Positions 36,272-49,712 of a DNA stretch of 64,000 nt are shown piece after piece. Source of the DNA: Mytilus edulis (lineage: Eukaryota). Position numbers and translations under genes: made by a program. The DNA lies in contig NC_092351.1 in NCBI RefSeq assembly GCF_963676685.1, forward strand, positions 36,890,001 through 36,954,000, given 5' to 3'. Positions within the stretch are counted from its first letter, which is position 1, and each line of letters starts with the position of its first letter. Below the pieces are notes generated by a model. That model had not been told where the DNA came from. It was given only the letters and a program-made list of their open reading frames with translations, and did not search any database.

Positions 36272-38882
36272 TTTTTATCTCACCTGGCCCGAAGGGCCAA
36301 GTGAGCTTTTCTCATCACTTGGCGTCCGTCGTCGTCCGTCGTCGTTAACTTTTACAAAAATCTTCTCCTCTGAAACTACTGGGCCAAATTAAACCAAACT
36401 TGGCCACAATCATCATTGGGGTATCTAGTTTAAACTAGAGGCTCTAAAGAGCCTGTGTCGCTCACCTTGGTCTATGTGCATATTTAACAAAGGACACAAA
36501 TGGATTCATGACAAAATTGTATTTTGGTGATGGTGATGTGTTTGAAGTTCTTACTTTACTGAACATTCTTGCTTCTTACAATTATATCTATAATGAACTT
36601 TGCCCATTAGTAACAGAGAAAAATATTTGGTAAAAATTTACATAAATTTACCAAATTAATGAAAATTGTTAAAAATTGACTATAAAGGGCAATAACTCCT
36701 TAAGGGGTCAATTGACCATTTAGGTCATGTGGACTTATTTGTAGATCTTACTTTGATGAACATTATCGCTGTTTACAGTTTATCGCTATCTATAATAGTA
36801 TTCAAGATAATAACCAAAAACAGCAAAATTTCTTTAAAAATTACCAATTGGAGGGCAGCAACCCAACAACAGGTTGTCCAATTCATTTGAATATTTCAGG
36901 GCAGATATATATTGACTTGATTAACAATTAAACTCCTTGTCAGATTTCCTCTAAATGATTTGGTTTCAGAGTTGTAAGCAAAAAACTACATTTTACCCCT
37001 GTTCTATTTTTAGCCGTGGTGGCCATCTTGGTTGGATGGCCAGGTCATCGGACACATTTTTCAAACAAGGTACCTTAAAGATGATTGTGGCCAAGTTTGA
37101 ATTAATTTGGCCCAGTAGTTTCAGAGGAGAAGATTTTTGTAAAAGATAACTAAGATTTACGAAAAATGGTTAAAAATTGACTATAAAGGGCAATAACTCC
37201 TAAAGGGGTCAACTGACCATTTCCGTCATGTTGACTTATTTGTAAATCTTACTTTGCTGAACATTATTGCTGTTTACAGTTTATCTCTATCTATAATAAT
37301 ATTCAAGATAATAACCAAAAACGGCAAAATTTCCTCAAAATTACCAATTCAGGGGCAGCAACCCAACAACAGGTTGACCGATTCATCTGAAAATTTCAGG
37401 GCAGATAGATCTTGACCTGATAAACAATTTTACCCCACATCAGATTTGCTCTAAATGCTTTGGTTTTTGAGTTATAAGCCAAAAACTGCATTTTACCCCT
37501 ATGTTCTATTTTTAGCCGTGGCGGCCATCTTGGTTGGTTGACCGGGTCACGCCACACATTTTTTAAACTAGATACCCCAAAGATGATTGTGGCCAAGTTT
37601 GGATTAATTTGGCCCAGTAGTTTCAGAGGAGAAGATTTTTGTAAAAGATTACTTAGATTTATGAAAAATGGTTAAAAATTGACTATAAAGGGCAATAACT
37701 CCTAAAGGGGTCAACTGACCATTTCGGTCATGTTGACTTACTTGTAAATCTAACTTTGCCAAACATTATTGCTGTTTACAGCTTATCTCTATCTATAATA
37801 ATATTCAAGATAATAACCAAAAACAGCAAAATTTCCTCAAAATGACCAATTCAGGGGCAGCAACCCAACAACGGGTTGACCGATTCATCTGAAAATTTCA
37901 GGGCAGATAGATCTTGACCTGATAAACATATTTACCCCATGTCAGATTTGCTCTAAATGCTTTGGTTTTTGAGTTATAAGCCAAAAACTGCATTTTACCC
38001 CTATGTTCTATTTTTAGCCGTGGCGGCCATCTTGGTTGGTTGACCGGGTCACGCCACACATTTTTTAAACTAGATACCCCAATGATGATTTTGGTCAAGT
38101 TTGGTTAAATTTGGCCCAGTAGTTTCAGAGGAGAAGATTTTTGTAAAAGTTAACGACGACGGACGACGGACGACGATGGACGATAGAGGACGACGACGGA
38201 CGCCGGACGCAAAGTGATGGGAATAGCTCACTTGGCCCTTCGGGCCAGGTGAGCTAAAAATGTGTGGCGTGACCCGGCCAACCAACCAAGATGGCCGCCA
38301 TGGCTAAAAATAGAACATAGGGGTAAAATGCAGTTTTCAGCTTATAACTCAAAAACCAAAGCATTTAGAGCAAATCTGACGGGGGTAAAATTGTTTATCA
38401 GGTCAAGATCTATCTGCCCTGAAATTTTCAGATGAATCCGACAACCCGTTGTTGGGTTGCTGCCGCTGAATTGGTAATTTTAGGGAATTTTTGCTGTTTT
38501 TGGTTATTATCTTGAATATTATTATAGATAGAGATAAACTGTAAACAGCAATAATGTTCAGCAAAGTAAGATTTACAAATAAGTCAACATGACCGAAATG
38601 GTCAGTTGACCCCTTTAGGAGTTATTGCCCTTTATAGCCAATTTTTAACCATTTTTCGTAAATCTTAGTAATCTTTTACAATAATCTTCTCCTCTGAAAC
38701 TACTGGGCCAAGTTCATTATAGATAGAGATAATTGTAAGCAGCAAGAATGTTCAGTAAAGTAAGATGTACAAACACATCACCATCACCAAAACAAAATTT
38801 TGTCATGAATCCATCGGTGTCCTTTGTTTAATATTCACATAGACCAAGGTGAGCGACACAGGCTCTTTAGAGCCTCTAGTTT
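36272..38882 (+). mobile_element. HINE family A copy hosting a nested copy
   Basis: Host sequence GGGGTATCTAGTTTAAA|AAATGTGTGGCG is split at about 36432/38260. Confidence 0.8.
36432..38260 (-). mobile_element. HINE family A, complete, nested in opposite orientation
   Basis: Both termini present (AAACTAGAGGCTCTAAAGAGCC..GGTGAGCTAAAAA). Confidence 0.8.
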
Positions 38883-39650
38883 CATATACTTACCATATAA
38901 ATTTATCAATATCATGAATATTGTGACTGTTCCTGTATCCTTCAATATTAGTTGGGATACAAATTTTATGAAAACATATATCCATAAAATTCAAGTTTTC
39001 CAAAATTGGTACTCACTTAAATTATAAATGTAGTCAGTATTGTGTTAACATGGTTCATGGTTGTTTATTATTTTTGAAAGCAACGCCTGTTATTCCTCGT
39101 TTTACCCTGTAATGGCTGTATGTTAGTAGAAAACTGTGTTACAATAGTTTAATGACACATGCCTACATTTTGTGTATCAATTTATTTGTGTATCAAAGCA
39201 GGTCTTAACTAAACTATGAATCAGATGTCAGAAATACATTTGGTATTGTGAGGACAGGTAGGAGAGTGTGCTTTCACTGCTATTTATTATGGTAACTTGA
39301 GCAATTTAATTGTTTTCATTAGGAAGAAGATTCATTGCATTTACCCAATGTAAAAACAACTTTGTAAACCAATATGTTTGCAATAAATGCAAAAAATTTG
39401 CAGAAAAAAGTCTCAAATTTGTAACATGTACATGATGTAGGAAAATGTTAGCCTCTGTATTTAATTATTCATTGGCGGATCCAGGGGGGTTCCGGGATTG
39501 GAACCTGCCCCTGAATTATTAACTAAAATGAAAACAGCACTTCCCCTTTACGCTTGACTGGTGATTTAGAAAAAGATTCATATGATCAATTTCATATTTT
39601 TTTACATTGTAATCTATTACCATGATTACTTTAGAATATAGAAAACATAC

Positions 39651-39710
39651 CTCTGATGCTGTTTTTCCAATAGGAACAATATTGCTGTCTTTCTTTGCAA
39701 TGCTTTCCAT
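39651..39710 (-). CDS. ANAPC15: ANAPC15 exon 2
   Basis: MESIAKKDSNIVPIGKTASE resembles [20 protein letters not shown]. Confidence 0.92.
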
Positions 39711-39889
39711 CTAAAAAAATATTTATAGCAAAGTCAAAATTATTGCATGAATTTTCTGCAAATTAAACTCTTTATCATGGATTTCAGCACTGCCATCATG
39801 ACAAACTTGTGTCGTGATTAAGAATAAGTACATACAGAACAAATATTGGCTACAAATTTTAAGCCATTGCCAAAATCTTAACTTCAATC

Positions 39890-40310
39890 CCTGGACTTAC
39901 ATCTAGAATTGACACAGAGGATCTGTTGAGAACAAAATATACAACAGAAGAGATGATTTCAGCTTTCAATTTGTGAACTTTTCATCTCTATCTGGCTGGG
40001 AACATGCTAGCTGTGCCTGTATTAAGATTACACATGGTTATATAACTCAGTTGATTTCTTGATAGAGGGTTTATGCTTATAAGGATCTATTTGACCACAG
40101 GTTCTAGGTTTTATTGTAGCCATCATGTGTTAGTTGACCATTATGAAATATCAGTTTCAGAGATAACAACAGTTAATGTGTTCAAATATTGTTAGGGCCA
40201 CAAACTCGACCACTTTTCCTGGAATGTTTAATCACTGTCATTGCTGAGTTTTAGAATTATCCCATAACTTGAACTTACATGAGTCACATGTGGTGTACCT
40301 GAGTTCACTC
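39890..40310 (+). pseudogene. Decayed PLE RT C-terminal fragment
   Basis: Frameshifted LDLHLE..LRTK..RDDFSF.FVNF..GYITQL, homologous to FLDLDI..TKIYDKRDDFSFPIVNY..GVYISQL in the intact element. Confidence 0.7.
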
Positions 40311-40364
40311 TAGTCCAAATAATTATGAAGTCTTGAAAGGCTATTATAAATTTATTTCTTTGAC

Positions 40365-41345
40365 TTTTTGGTCATGTTGACTTATTTGTAAATCTAACTT
40401 TGCTGAACATTATTGCTGTTTACAGTTTATCTCTATCTATAATAATATTCAAGATAATAACCAAAAACAGCAAAAAATCTCTAAAATTACCAATTCAGGA
40501 GCAGCAACCCAACAACGGGTTGTCGGATTCATCTGAAAATTTGAGGACAGAAAGATCTTGACCTGATAAACAATTTAATCCCATATCACATTTGCTCTAA
40601 ATGCTTTAATTTTTGAGTTATAAGCCAAAAAATGCATTTTACCCAATTGTTCTATTTTTAGCCATGGCGGCCATCTTGGTTGGTTGGCCAGGTCACGCCA
40701 CATATTATTTTAACTAGATACCCCAAAGATGATTGTGGCCAAGTTTGGATTAATTTGGCCCAGTAGTTTTAGAGGAGAAGATTTTTGTAAAAGATTTCTA
40801 AGATTTATGAAAAATGGTTAAAAATTGACTATAAAGGTCAATTACTCCTAAAGGGGTCAACTGACCATTTTGGTCATGTTGACTTATTTGTAAATCTAAC
40901 TTTGCTGAACATTATTGCTGTTTACAGTTTATCTCTATCTATAATAATATTCAAGATAATAACCAAAAACAGCAAAAAATCTCTAAAATTACCCATTCAG
41001 GGGCACCAACCCAACAACGGGTTGTCGGATTCATCTGAAAATTTGAGGACAGAAAGATCTTGACCTGATAAACAATTTTACCCCATGTCACATTTGCTCT
41101 AAAGGCTTTAATTTTTGAGTTATAAGCCAAAAAATACATTTTACCCCTATGTTCTATTTTTAGCCATGGCGGCCATCTTGGTTGGTTGGCCGGGTCACGC
41201 CACACATTTTTTTAACCAGATACCCCAATAATGATTGTGGCCAAGTTTGGTTTAATTTGGCCCAGTAGTTTCAGAGGAGAAGATTTTTGTAAAAGTTAAC
41301 GACGATGACGATGGACGACGGACGCCAAGCCAGGTGAGCTAAAAA
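40365..41345 (-). mobile_element. HINE family A, truncated
   Basis: Two core units, (CGT)n and the CAGGTGAGCTAAAA end. Confidence 0.72.
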
Positions 41346-41916
41346 CAATATTGAAAAAGTACAAAGTAGGGCAGCATGCTACGTCACCAACAGGAACCAC
41401 AACACCAGTAGTGTCACTTCCATGATTGACCATCTTCAACGGAAGTCACTTGAAACTCGCAGAAACATCAATCGAGTAACTATGCTGTACAAAATCTCAC
41501 ACCATCTCATTGCAGTAGACCCTTACCTTTACCTTTTACCACAGCCAGTCAAAAACACCAGATACATGTACACTAATTATTACAATACCAAACATTTAGC
41601 ACTAGAACAGATTACTTCAACATGTTCAAGTAAAGCTTTTTCCATTCACAGTTGTACTGTGGAACTCACTTCCACAAAACGTCATCAGTGTTACCCTGGA
41701 TCAGTTTAAAATACTGATCCAGAGTCAGTATATTTAGATATCCAACCTGTTTGTAAATATGTAAATGTGTTAATTTTTGTTTTGTTTTTGCACAAAATTA
41801 TTTCTGAATTATTGCACTCATTAGTTATTATATTTGATTATTAAAGTATCTGTTTGCGATGCACAGACGTTTAGTCATCAATGTGCTGATGGATCGTCGT
41901 AAGATGAAGATGTAGA
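41342..41916 (+). mobile_element. 3' fragment of a non-LTR LINE (CR1/L2-like group)
   Basis: IEKVQSRAACYVTN..SSVTSMIDHLQRKSLETRR matches the typical post-RT region; ends in an AAGATGAAGATG tail. Confidence 0.7.
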
Positions 41917-42105
41917 TAACAGCCCTGCTAAGTACACCCCTGTTTTTTTCTATAGGGATTTGTGTTGCTTAGTGACGTCTATTTTTTTATATTGTGTTTC
42001 GTAGGTTGATGTTTTCCCAGTTTGTCTGTCATTATTTGGCTGTTAGTATCTTACATATCTTTCTTACTTTTACAATAAATCCAATACAAATTGAAAACAA
42101 TTAAC

Positions 42106-42879
42106 CAGTCAGGGGACTTACTTAAATAAGTGATTTTATAAATCACTGATTCAAGTAACATTATTTCCATAAAGGTTGGAAGTCAGAGTTGTCTTTCTTT
42201 AATAATCACCTATTTAAGTAGTACAAATTAATCACTAGAAGAAGTGATTTAATTTTATTGTAGCTTTAAATATAGAATACTAATGAGCCAGGGACTAATT
42301 ATGTTTCTAAACTTATCAGAACCAACATCTGTGTTGTCTAGGATGACCAGGTCATTTCAGGTGATGACCTTGTACTGAATCTAGGATAATGACATAAAAA
42401 TCACTTGTTTAAGTATCAGACCTCAATTTCCTTCCCAAAAATCACTTCTTTAAGTATCATTCTTGTAATAACCCCCTCTAATTTCAACACCCCCGAACAG
42501 TGAAATTTTTATCACGAACAGTAGAATTTAATTACATAATCTGAAAGATGAAACCTTGAACTTCACAGGAAAAATACTCCCACTGCTGGGAAAAATCTTC
42601 TAAGAAAGTATCAGTTCATTATGTAAAGCCATTATTATAGCATTTTTTTCAACAAAAATAGAATTTTAAGCTAAATGATAGCATCAAAGGCATAAACCTT
42701 GCTACTTAAAAGAAAGAAAAAGTTTGTTTTTTTCAATTTTACTAATCAAAAGATATTATTTAAACCTATGTGTTTAAAATTTTGAAAAAAATACAAAATT
42801 CCAATTTGTGACAAAACCTCGAATTTGCTACTCAAATAAGTGATTTAAAAATCACTTATTTCAGTAAGTCCCCTGACTG
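42106..42879. mobile_element. MITE with 5-bp TSD
   Basis: TTAAC|CAGTCAGGGGACTTACT..AGTAAGTCCCCTGACTG|TTAAC, with internal AAGTGATT/AATCACTT motifs. Confidence 0.8.
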
Positions 42880-42920
42880 TTAACTGTTGGTGAGCAAAAA
42901 AAATATAAATGAAAATTTAC

Positions 42921-43040
42921 CCATGAAGTATGTTCTTCTTCCAGTTTTGAAATTTCTTCTTCGTCATCGCATGGTTTATCAACGGTAAACCACAAAGGAT
43001 CTGAAGCACTTGGTACAAGTGAAGGGAAAAACGATGACAT
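42921..43040 (-). CDS. ANAPC15: Anaphase-promoting complex subunit 15, first coding exon
   Basis: MSSFFPSLVPSASDPLWFTVDKPCDDEEEISKLEEEHTSW resembles [27 protein letters not shown]. Confidence 0.92.
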
Positions 43041-43478
43041 ACTACCAGTATCTGAGAACTAGCACCAGTTTTGTAAAAAAAAAATTCTAAACATTTAATT
43101 CAGGGTAGAAAAAAAACTTGTAATTTCAAACAAATTGTTCGTTATCTGAAGCACTTTTGTGATCCAGACTTTTAAAATCTAAAATCCACAAAAATATAAA
43201 GCAAAACGGTCTTAATAAAAAATTTCAATATCATTTTTTGGGAATTGTAAATCACATTGTATAAATAAAATCAATACTAATTTTTGTCTCAAATACTTAA
43301 TAAAAAAATCTATACCAATACGTTATGACGAAAATGTAAAATTGAGAATGGAAATGGAGAATATGAATATTTCATTCCTGTGTAGTGTTCTTAAAACTTC
43401 ATTAATGGTTCTTAGTTGGTGCAGTCATTGATATTTCCGGTTTAAAGAGACACACGTGGTTGATGTAAACAGAACAGA

Positions 43479-43568
43479 ATGTCTGACAGAAATCACAACA
43501 AACTGCCAAACAATCTCCCTCAGCTACAAAACTTGATAAAACGTGATCCAAATTCATACAGAGAAGAG
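43479..43568 (+). CDS. SDAD1: Protein SDA1 homolog, exon 1
   Basis: [30 protein letters not shown] followed by a GT donor. Confidence 0.95.
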
Positions 43569-44053
43569 GTTATTTTACATTGTTAAATCCATTTACAACA
43601 TTTTACCATTTAAATACCTTTGTATTGACTATTTCAACCTGTCGGCTACATAATTTTTTGATATCATTAAAGTGTAGAAGTGCATCCACAGCCATAGGCA
43701 CGTGTTTCTGTCCATATGGGAAGGTCGACTATCCATAGCTTCTAATATTAGGCAGGTGTTACCTTAGTCCAATTAATTATGACGTCTTGGAAGGCTAGCT
43801 ATTTTTAATTTTTGCTTTGACGCCTTCCTGTGAAAGGGAACGAAGTCCATATCATCAATTTTTTTAATGTTAAAAAAGAAACGGAAAAAGTCTAATGTTT
43901 CCGATTTTGGTCCTGTTGTTAGGAATACCTAAAGTCTCAAGACAAACAAACGAGACCGGAAGAAACAAAATTAATGATTATAACATGTTTAAGTTCATTT
44001 ATAGTCGCTGTCACATAAAATTGGCACCATGTTTTTTGTCAAAATTTTCTTAA

Positions 44054-47000
44054 AGGGAAATTCCGCGATTTTTTACTTATCATCTAATTATGTTCATCTT
44101 AACATAAAAAACACATTTGCAAAGTTTTAAATTTACATTCCTTCTAATAACGGAGAAAATCAAGTATTTGTAACTGTTTTGGTTGAATTCTCGAGTGGGT
44201 CGTGACGTATTAGCCCGATTTATTGAATTCTGGGAAAAAATAAAATCTGTTTAACTCTTATAGCTTATCGACAATATACGTAATTAAAAGCGCACAACTG
44301 ACGAATGGTCGTAGTTATTAACCACAATATAAGAATGAACGAAAATGAATATGCATATACCGTTTTGTTTTGATTGAATTAAACTCCTATAAAATTATCT
44401 CTAGTAAATGTGTTTGAATAAATTTAATTAATTATTGTTGAGATTTTTTTCATATAATATTTATTGAACATTTTTACTGATATTGGAGTGAAAATATTTC
44501 AGTTCTATTTACCGTTATTGTTTTGATAATCATTTCAATGCAACTAATGTGTGAGCAGAGTGTGTATATTATTTTGTAAAGGTCACTGTATATTTCTCGG
44601 CTTGAGGTCAATTCGTTTACCTTGTAGCTATTTAGCCACAGGTGTGAGTTCAAGTGTACACAGGTATAAATGTTGTTATTTGGAAAGGATAAGCAGAAAG
44701 GATTAGAAAGAGTATGCTGTCACGATGTTAATACACTAAGATTTAATACACGATGAGAATAAAGATACAATAATTAAATTGTGTAAATTAATTGAAAATA
44801 AAATTCAGATTCGTAATTCCGAAAGAGTATAAAAATAAAAGGAAACAATTTTTCATTACTTTCTTAGCGGTAATTGGCGTAAAGATTCAAATATGAAGCA
44901 AACAATAGTAGTTTTAATCTTTAATAAAAACTAAATGCAATATTACCCAATTTGATATACCATTGTAGATCTGTTTGATATCATTGACTTTACCGGAATT
45001 TCTTAACTTGTATTCAAATCTGGCTGTGTTTAAATGCTAATAAAACTATTGCAATTTTAAAGTTTTTAATTGACAAAAAAATACAACTACAACATGCATT
45101 TTTAGTTTCTTTTTAACATTTTATTCTTACATAATTAAATTCATTTGACAATCATTTACACGAACTTTTTGTGAAAAGAATACCAATTATCTAAGCTAAG
45201 GCACTATTTCTTTTGAGGATTTTTGAGGGGTTTTTTTTTAAATTCTATGATAATATTTGTGCAATGTTGAACATGATAGCCGTCATTAATCCAAATAAGT
45301 AATACAGTAGTTGTAATAAAAGTTATATTTTAGTCATGCATAACTGATATTGACGAATTTAGAATAGTTCGTCCATACATCGTTGTTCTTGAAACAATCA
45401 TTATTAGTATACATGTAAGTTTCCTGACGTATAAGAGCCATTCAGGATGAGCTCCAGAGAAAGCAGACTAGTAGCGTTTCGTTCGTTTGTTTGTTGGGAA
45501 AGGAGAGGAAATGCAACCGCTTGTACAGATAAACGACAGAATTACCATACAAGCATTTATAATCAACACAATCAGAAAGAGTTCCCATCGTTAGACGGGG
45601 AATATGAAGGCTTCCAAGAATGAACAAGTGACATGTCTAACTCTGAACAGTTAGAAAACGGACTATCGACATCGACCGCTTGTTCTTGATATTTGAAACT
45701 GTATGCATATATATACGTATATGTTTATGATATAGTGATGAGTTCTTGCGTCTGACAAAAACTAAATCCCTTCATGGTTATATCTTGCCATACGTTTATA
45801 TTGGTTTGTAAGGTGATTACTCAAAATCGTTATTTGAAAATCCTGTTTGTGAGATGTAGATTCTTTTCAATACAGAAATTTCGTCTCAGATATATTTCAC
45901 AAGTGTATAACACGGAGAAGTTCTGAAGGTCCATTACTCCCACTTTTTTTGGGTGTGAACCATCGATGTTTACAGCAATATCAAAGAATAAGATGGTGAT
46001 GGTAGAAAGAACTATGGGCGTCATGTGGCAAATATTACATGCATATCGGACAATGAGTTGTCAATCTGTATGAAAAGATTTCCAATACAACCATATTATT
46101 GAGAAGGAATGTTTACATGCTATACTCTCGTACTAGTATTACAGGGTTCTTGTGGCGTTCACCTTAGACACACATCTCAGTGTTTTCACGATGTTTAAAA
46201 AAAGGACAGAACCAATTTAATGTCATATTTCCCTATTTTTTAAATATAACTAAAAGTCTTTTATCTGACAAGAATACCCCTATTTAGCGGACAAGTAATT
46301 TATTTATTTTTCTGTTATTGAATACCAAGAAAGAAAATAAATCCCGAAAATAATTTGAAACTTTGATACTCTAAAGTTTCCCAGCAAAATATTCACATCC
46401 CCTGGGGATATTTAGTGTTCGTCCAGTGGCATATATAACAATTGTGATGACGAATTCCTTCCTTTGTTCATGAACAATCTTATTGAAATATAAATCTGTG
46501 ATTTTACTAGGTCCACAGCTTCAATGAACCAAAGCAAAAGTTATACATCGACCTGAATTTAAATCAAATTGGTTCTCTTCTTCTTCTGGTATACAATAGT
46601 CTATCGACATTCGATGATTACATACTGTTGGCATACGTGGACTAGTCTTTTTACAACACTTTTACCCCTATTTATTCAAAATATATGTTTTTTTCTTATG
46701 TTCAATGTATACAAACTATATATTTTAAATTGCGCTATAGTTCCGTAACTTTCTATCCAGTCGTATAAACGAATCGTCGGCAAGTGCGTACATTTTTTTA
46801 AATCAATATTTCTGGTTTGTTCCAATCTGTCCTTCACTATTGACAATGAGTATTTATTACATTTTCCCAAATTCACCCTTGGAAAAAATATTTAAATAGA
46901 TTTTAATTTCATCAAATCTTATTTTTTGGATATTATTTATATTTTTATGAATAATATTCTTTACACCAGAAATGTTATTTATAAACAAGCGTATGAGTTT

Positions 47001-49137
47001 AGTAATGACAAGTAAGACAGAGTTGTATATTATCTATACTATTAAACGAGAAGACCTCATTTTGTGTGTCGCTTCTCTTCCTTCCAAGATAAATTAATCA
47101 TCATGCCTCTGTGTTCTATAGGTAACATGCATAGTCGCATTTGTCATCCATTCTTATGATTATTCAGATTGAGTTATTTTGGGAGAAAAACGACAAAAAA
47201 GGAGTCCGGATATTGATTCCGTCATCAGATTGACTTTTAGTCACAGATAAGACTTCCGGTTTGAATCATGCACAAGTACAACCAATCGTATGATAGATAA
47301 AAAAAAATGAAAAATAAATAAGCCAATCAGAGTGTTTTCCATATCATGGTGTTTAGATCGCGAGAACCACAACTATTATACCTCCTTAGAGTGGACAATT
47401 ATTTTTCGAGTTTATCTACATATAAACTACGATTATACGACTTACATATATATATAGAGACTCTCTGTATTCTGTCTACTGTTTTCTTTGAAATGTTTAC
47501 TATTTAAAGGGTCACGCCAGTTGCATATATACTAAGATAAGTAAAACATGGGGAAACAAAAATGTGTCCATATAGTACACGGATGCAACATCGGCACTCT
47601 ATTTTCTAAGTTTCGAGTTGATTGGACTTCAACTTCATCAAAAACTACCTCGATTAAAAACTTTAACCTGAAGCGGGACAGAAGGACGGACTAACGAACG
47701 AAGAAACCCACGGATGCACAGACTAGAAAACATAATGCCTATAAATGGGCATAACAGTTTATTGTTGGAAGCGAAAGTAATAGTGATTTGGCAAAAATGA
47801 AAGTAGGGTAGAGATGAGAGCTCGAGGGAGGCAGGACCGTGACCTTTTTTCAGGACGTCGGGATCGGGTGTTTTTAAGTTCGGGATTTGGGGATTGACCC
47901 TTACGGGATCCGGGAATATATTTTTCGATTTCGGGATTTCGAATATGAATTTCCTTAAATTCTGTATCTCGGGATTTCATGATTTTAATCCCGGGATTTC
48001 TGGATCAGAACCCCTCCGACACTCCCTCAAATTAGCCTTAGATGGTTTTAGTCATTTATACAAGATTCATATCCTACCATTGGCATGTTAATAAGGCTCT
48101 CAAAAGAAAAAAAACACTGATGGATTGTCCTAGAAGTATATTTTATTAGACTAATAATGGTCCATATATAAGCAGTTACATTTATTTCATGTTTGAAGCG
48201 GTGCAAATTTTTTAATTTAATTTGACTTTTACCAAAAGATGCGTTGTAGCAAAGGAGAAGAATAATTGTGGTCTGAGGCCAGAAACAGGAAAATAATTAA
48301 ATTTAACAGAAAGGAAACAAATATCGGACTTTGGAAAAAAAAGGAGAGGGCTTTTGATACCTTTTATGAAATTCCCCATACATACATGTAGTATCTTTTA
48401 CAAAAAATCATCCAACAACATTTCTCAAGCTGTATATGCCCGCGATTTCGCGGGTGTGTTCTAGTACATCTGATAGTTCAAAATGGAAAGTTATAAGTTA
48501 TAAGTTATCAGCCGTGTACACTGATTAATACCTGCAGAAGTGAAACGATGCATGAACTTGCAAGCCCGACAGGAAATCGCTTGAATACCTGGACGTGTCA
48601 CCTCACACCCCTCACAATACCTTTGGAAGTAATACCTTTAGCCATGCTGGTGATCAGATGAGGGAAGATCAAAATATATTTGAAAAAAGTTTATTACTTT
48701 AAAGAATTATGAACAAATTAGATTTTCGAAAACAATTTTCACGGAACACTTATTTATGATTTCAACTTTGACTTTTCACCTAATTCCAATATCAACAGTT
48801 TAAAAACAACAGACCATGGTAATTTAAAAAAAATAAGAATATTTTCCGTATCAAGTTAGTTAGTCGGATAAAACAACCGTACGATTGACAAGATATCGAC
48901 ACGCAATTACGACTACATCGGTTACTGTAGTTTTGTTTCTTTGTGGTTTATAGACATATCGTTTTTATTAATCGGGAAAGAACACAAAATGGCTGACCGC
49001 TGAGAATTGATACTCTAAATTTAAAATCGATGGTGATAGCTTATCTAGCGGAATAAAACTTTAATATCTATGAATTTGAGCATTTTTATACAGAATGAAC
49101 ATAATATCAATTTTTGATTTTTTTGCGAAGTTTCCCT
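44054..49137. mobile_element. TTAA-specific (Kolobok-like) non-autonomous element, 5.1 kb including nested inserts
   Basis: TTAA|AGGGAAATTCCGCGA..TTGCGAAGTTTCCCT|TTAA. Confidence 0.68.
47033..48464 (+). mobile_element. Non-autonomous Helitron
   Basis: A|TCTATACTATTAAA 5' end; 3' hairpin CCCGCGA-TT-TCGCGGG then CTAG|T; no TSD. Confidence 0.8.
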
Positions 49138-49141
49138 TTAA

Positions 49142-49712
49142 AGTCATAAGAAACCTCAAATTAAAAAAAATAATGCATATGTTTTTTTATAACTCATTGG
49201 ATAGTTTTCATTATAAAACTTATGTACATATACTTTTTTCTGAAGAAAATTCTTTAATTTATTCATATTTAGAAGAAGTTTACTTTAATTTAATTGCTTG
49301 CTTCCAGGACGCAATTCCCCCGATATATTTTCCGTATGCAAAGTGACCTCAGTGTGACCCATCTCGTAAAAATCCGGTGATCACAATACCCATGAATGTC
49401 CTTAAAATAAACTATTATACGAATTTACATGTTAAACACGTGCTCAATTTCCATGCTTTTTTGTTGATTTTTTGTCGATTGTTGACAAACAGGTGACAAT
49501 CGTTAAACTTCGGCTTCAAAACACGAACTTTAATTACCTGCCATATTTTCACAACACTGACCGATTGAAATAAAAAAATTGACTATTATACGAAATTTAC
49601 AAGAAGAAAATCATAAATTCGTGCACAGAAGACTAAGTTTATGATGTTTGTATGCATTGGTTCAAGAATTGGAAGAACATTGTTTTTCACCGGTCACTCG
49701 TTTCTTATGACT
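49142..49712. mobile_element. Second TTAA-specific (Kolobok-like) MITE
   Basis: TTAA|AGTCATAAGAAAC..GTTTCTTATGACT|TTAA. Confidence 0.78.
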
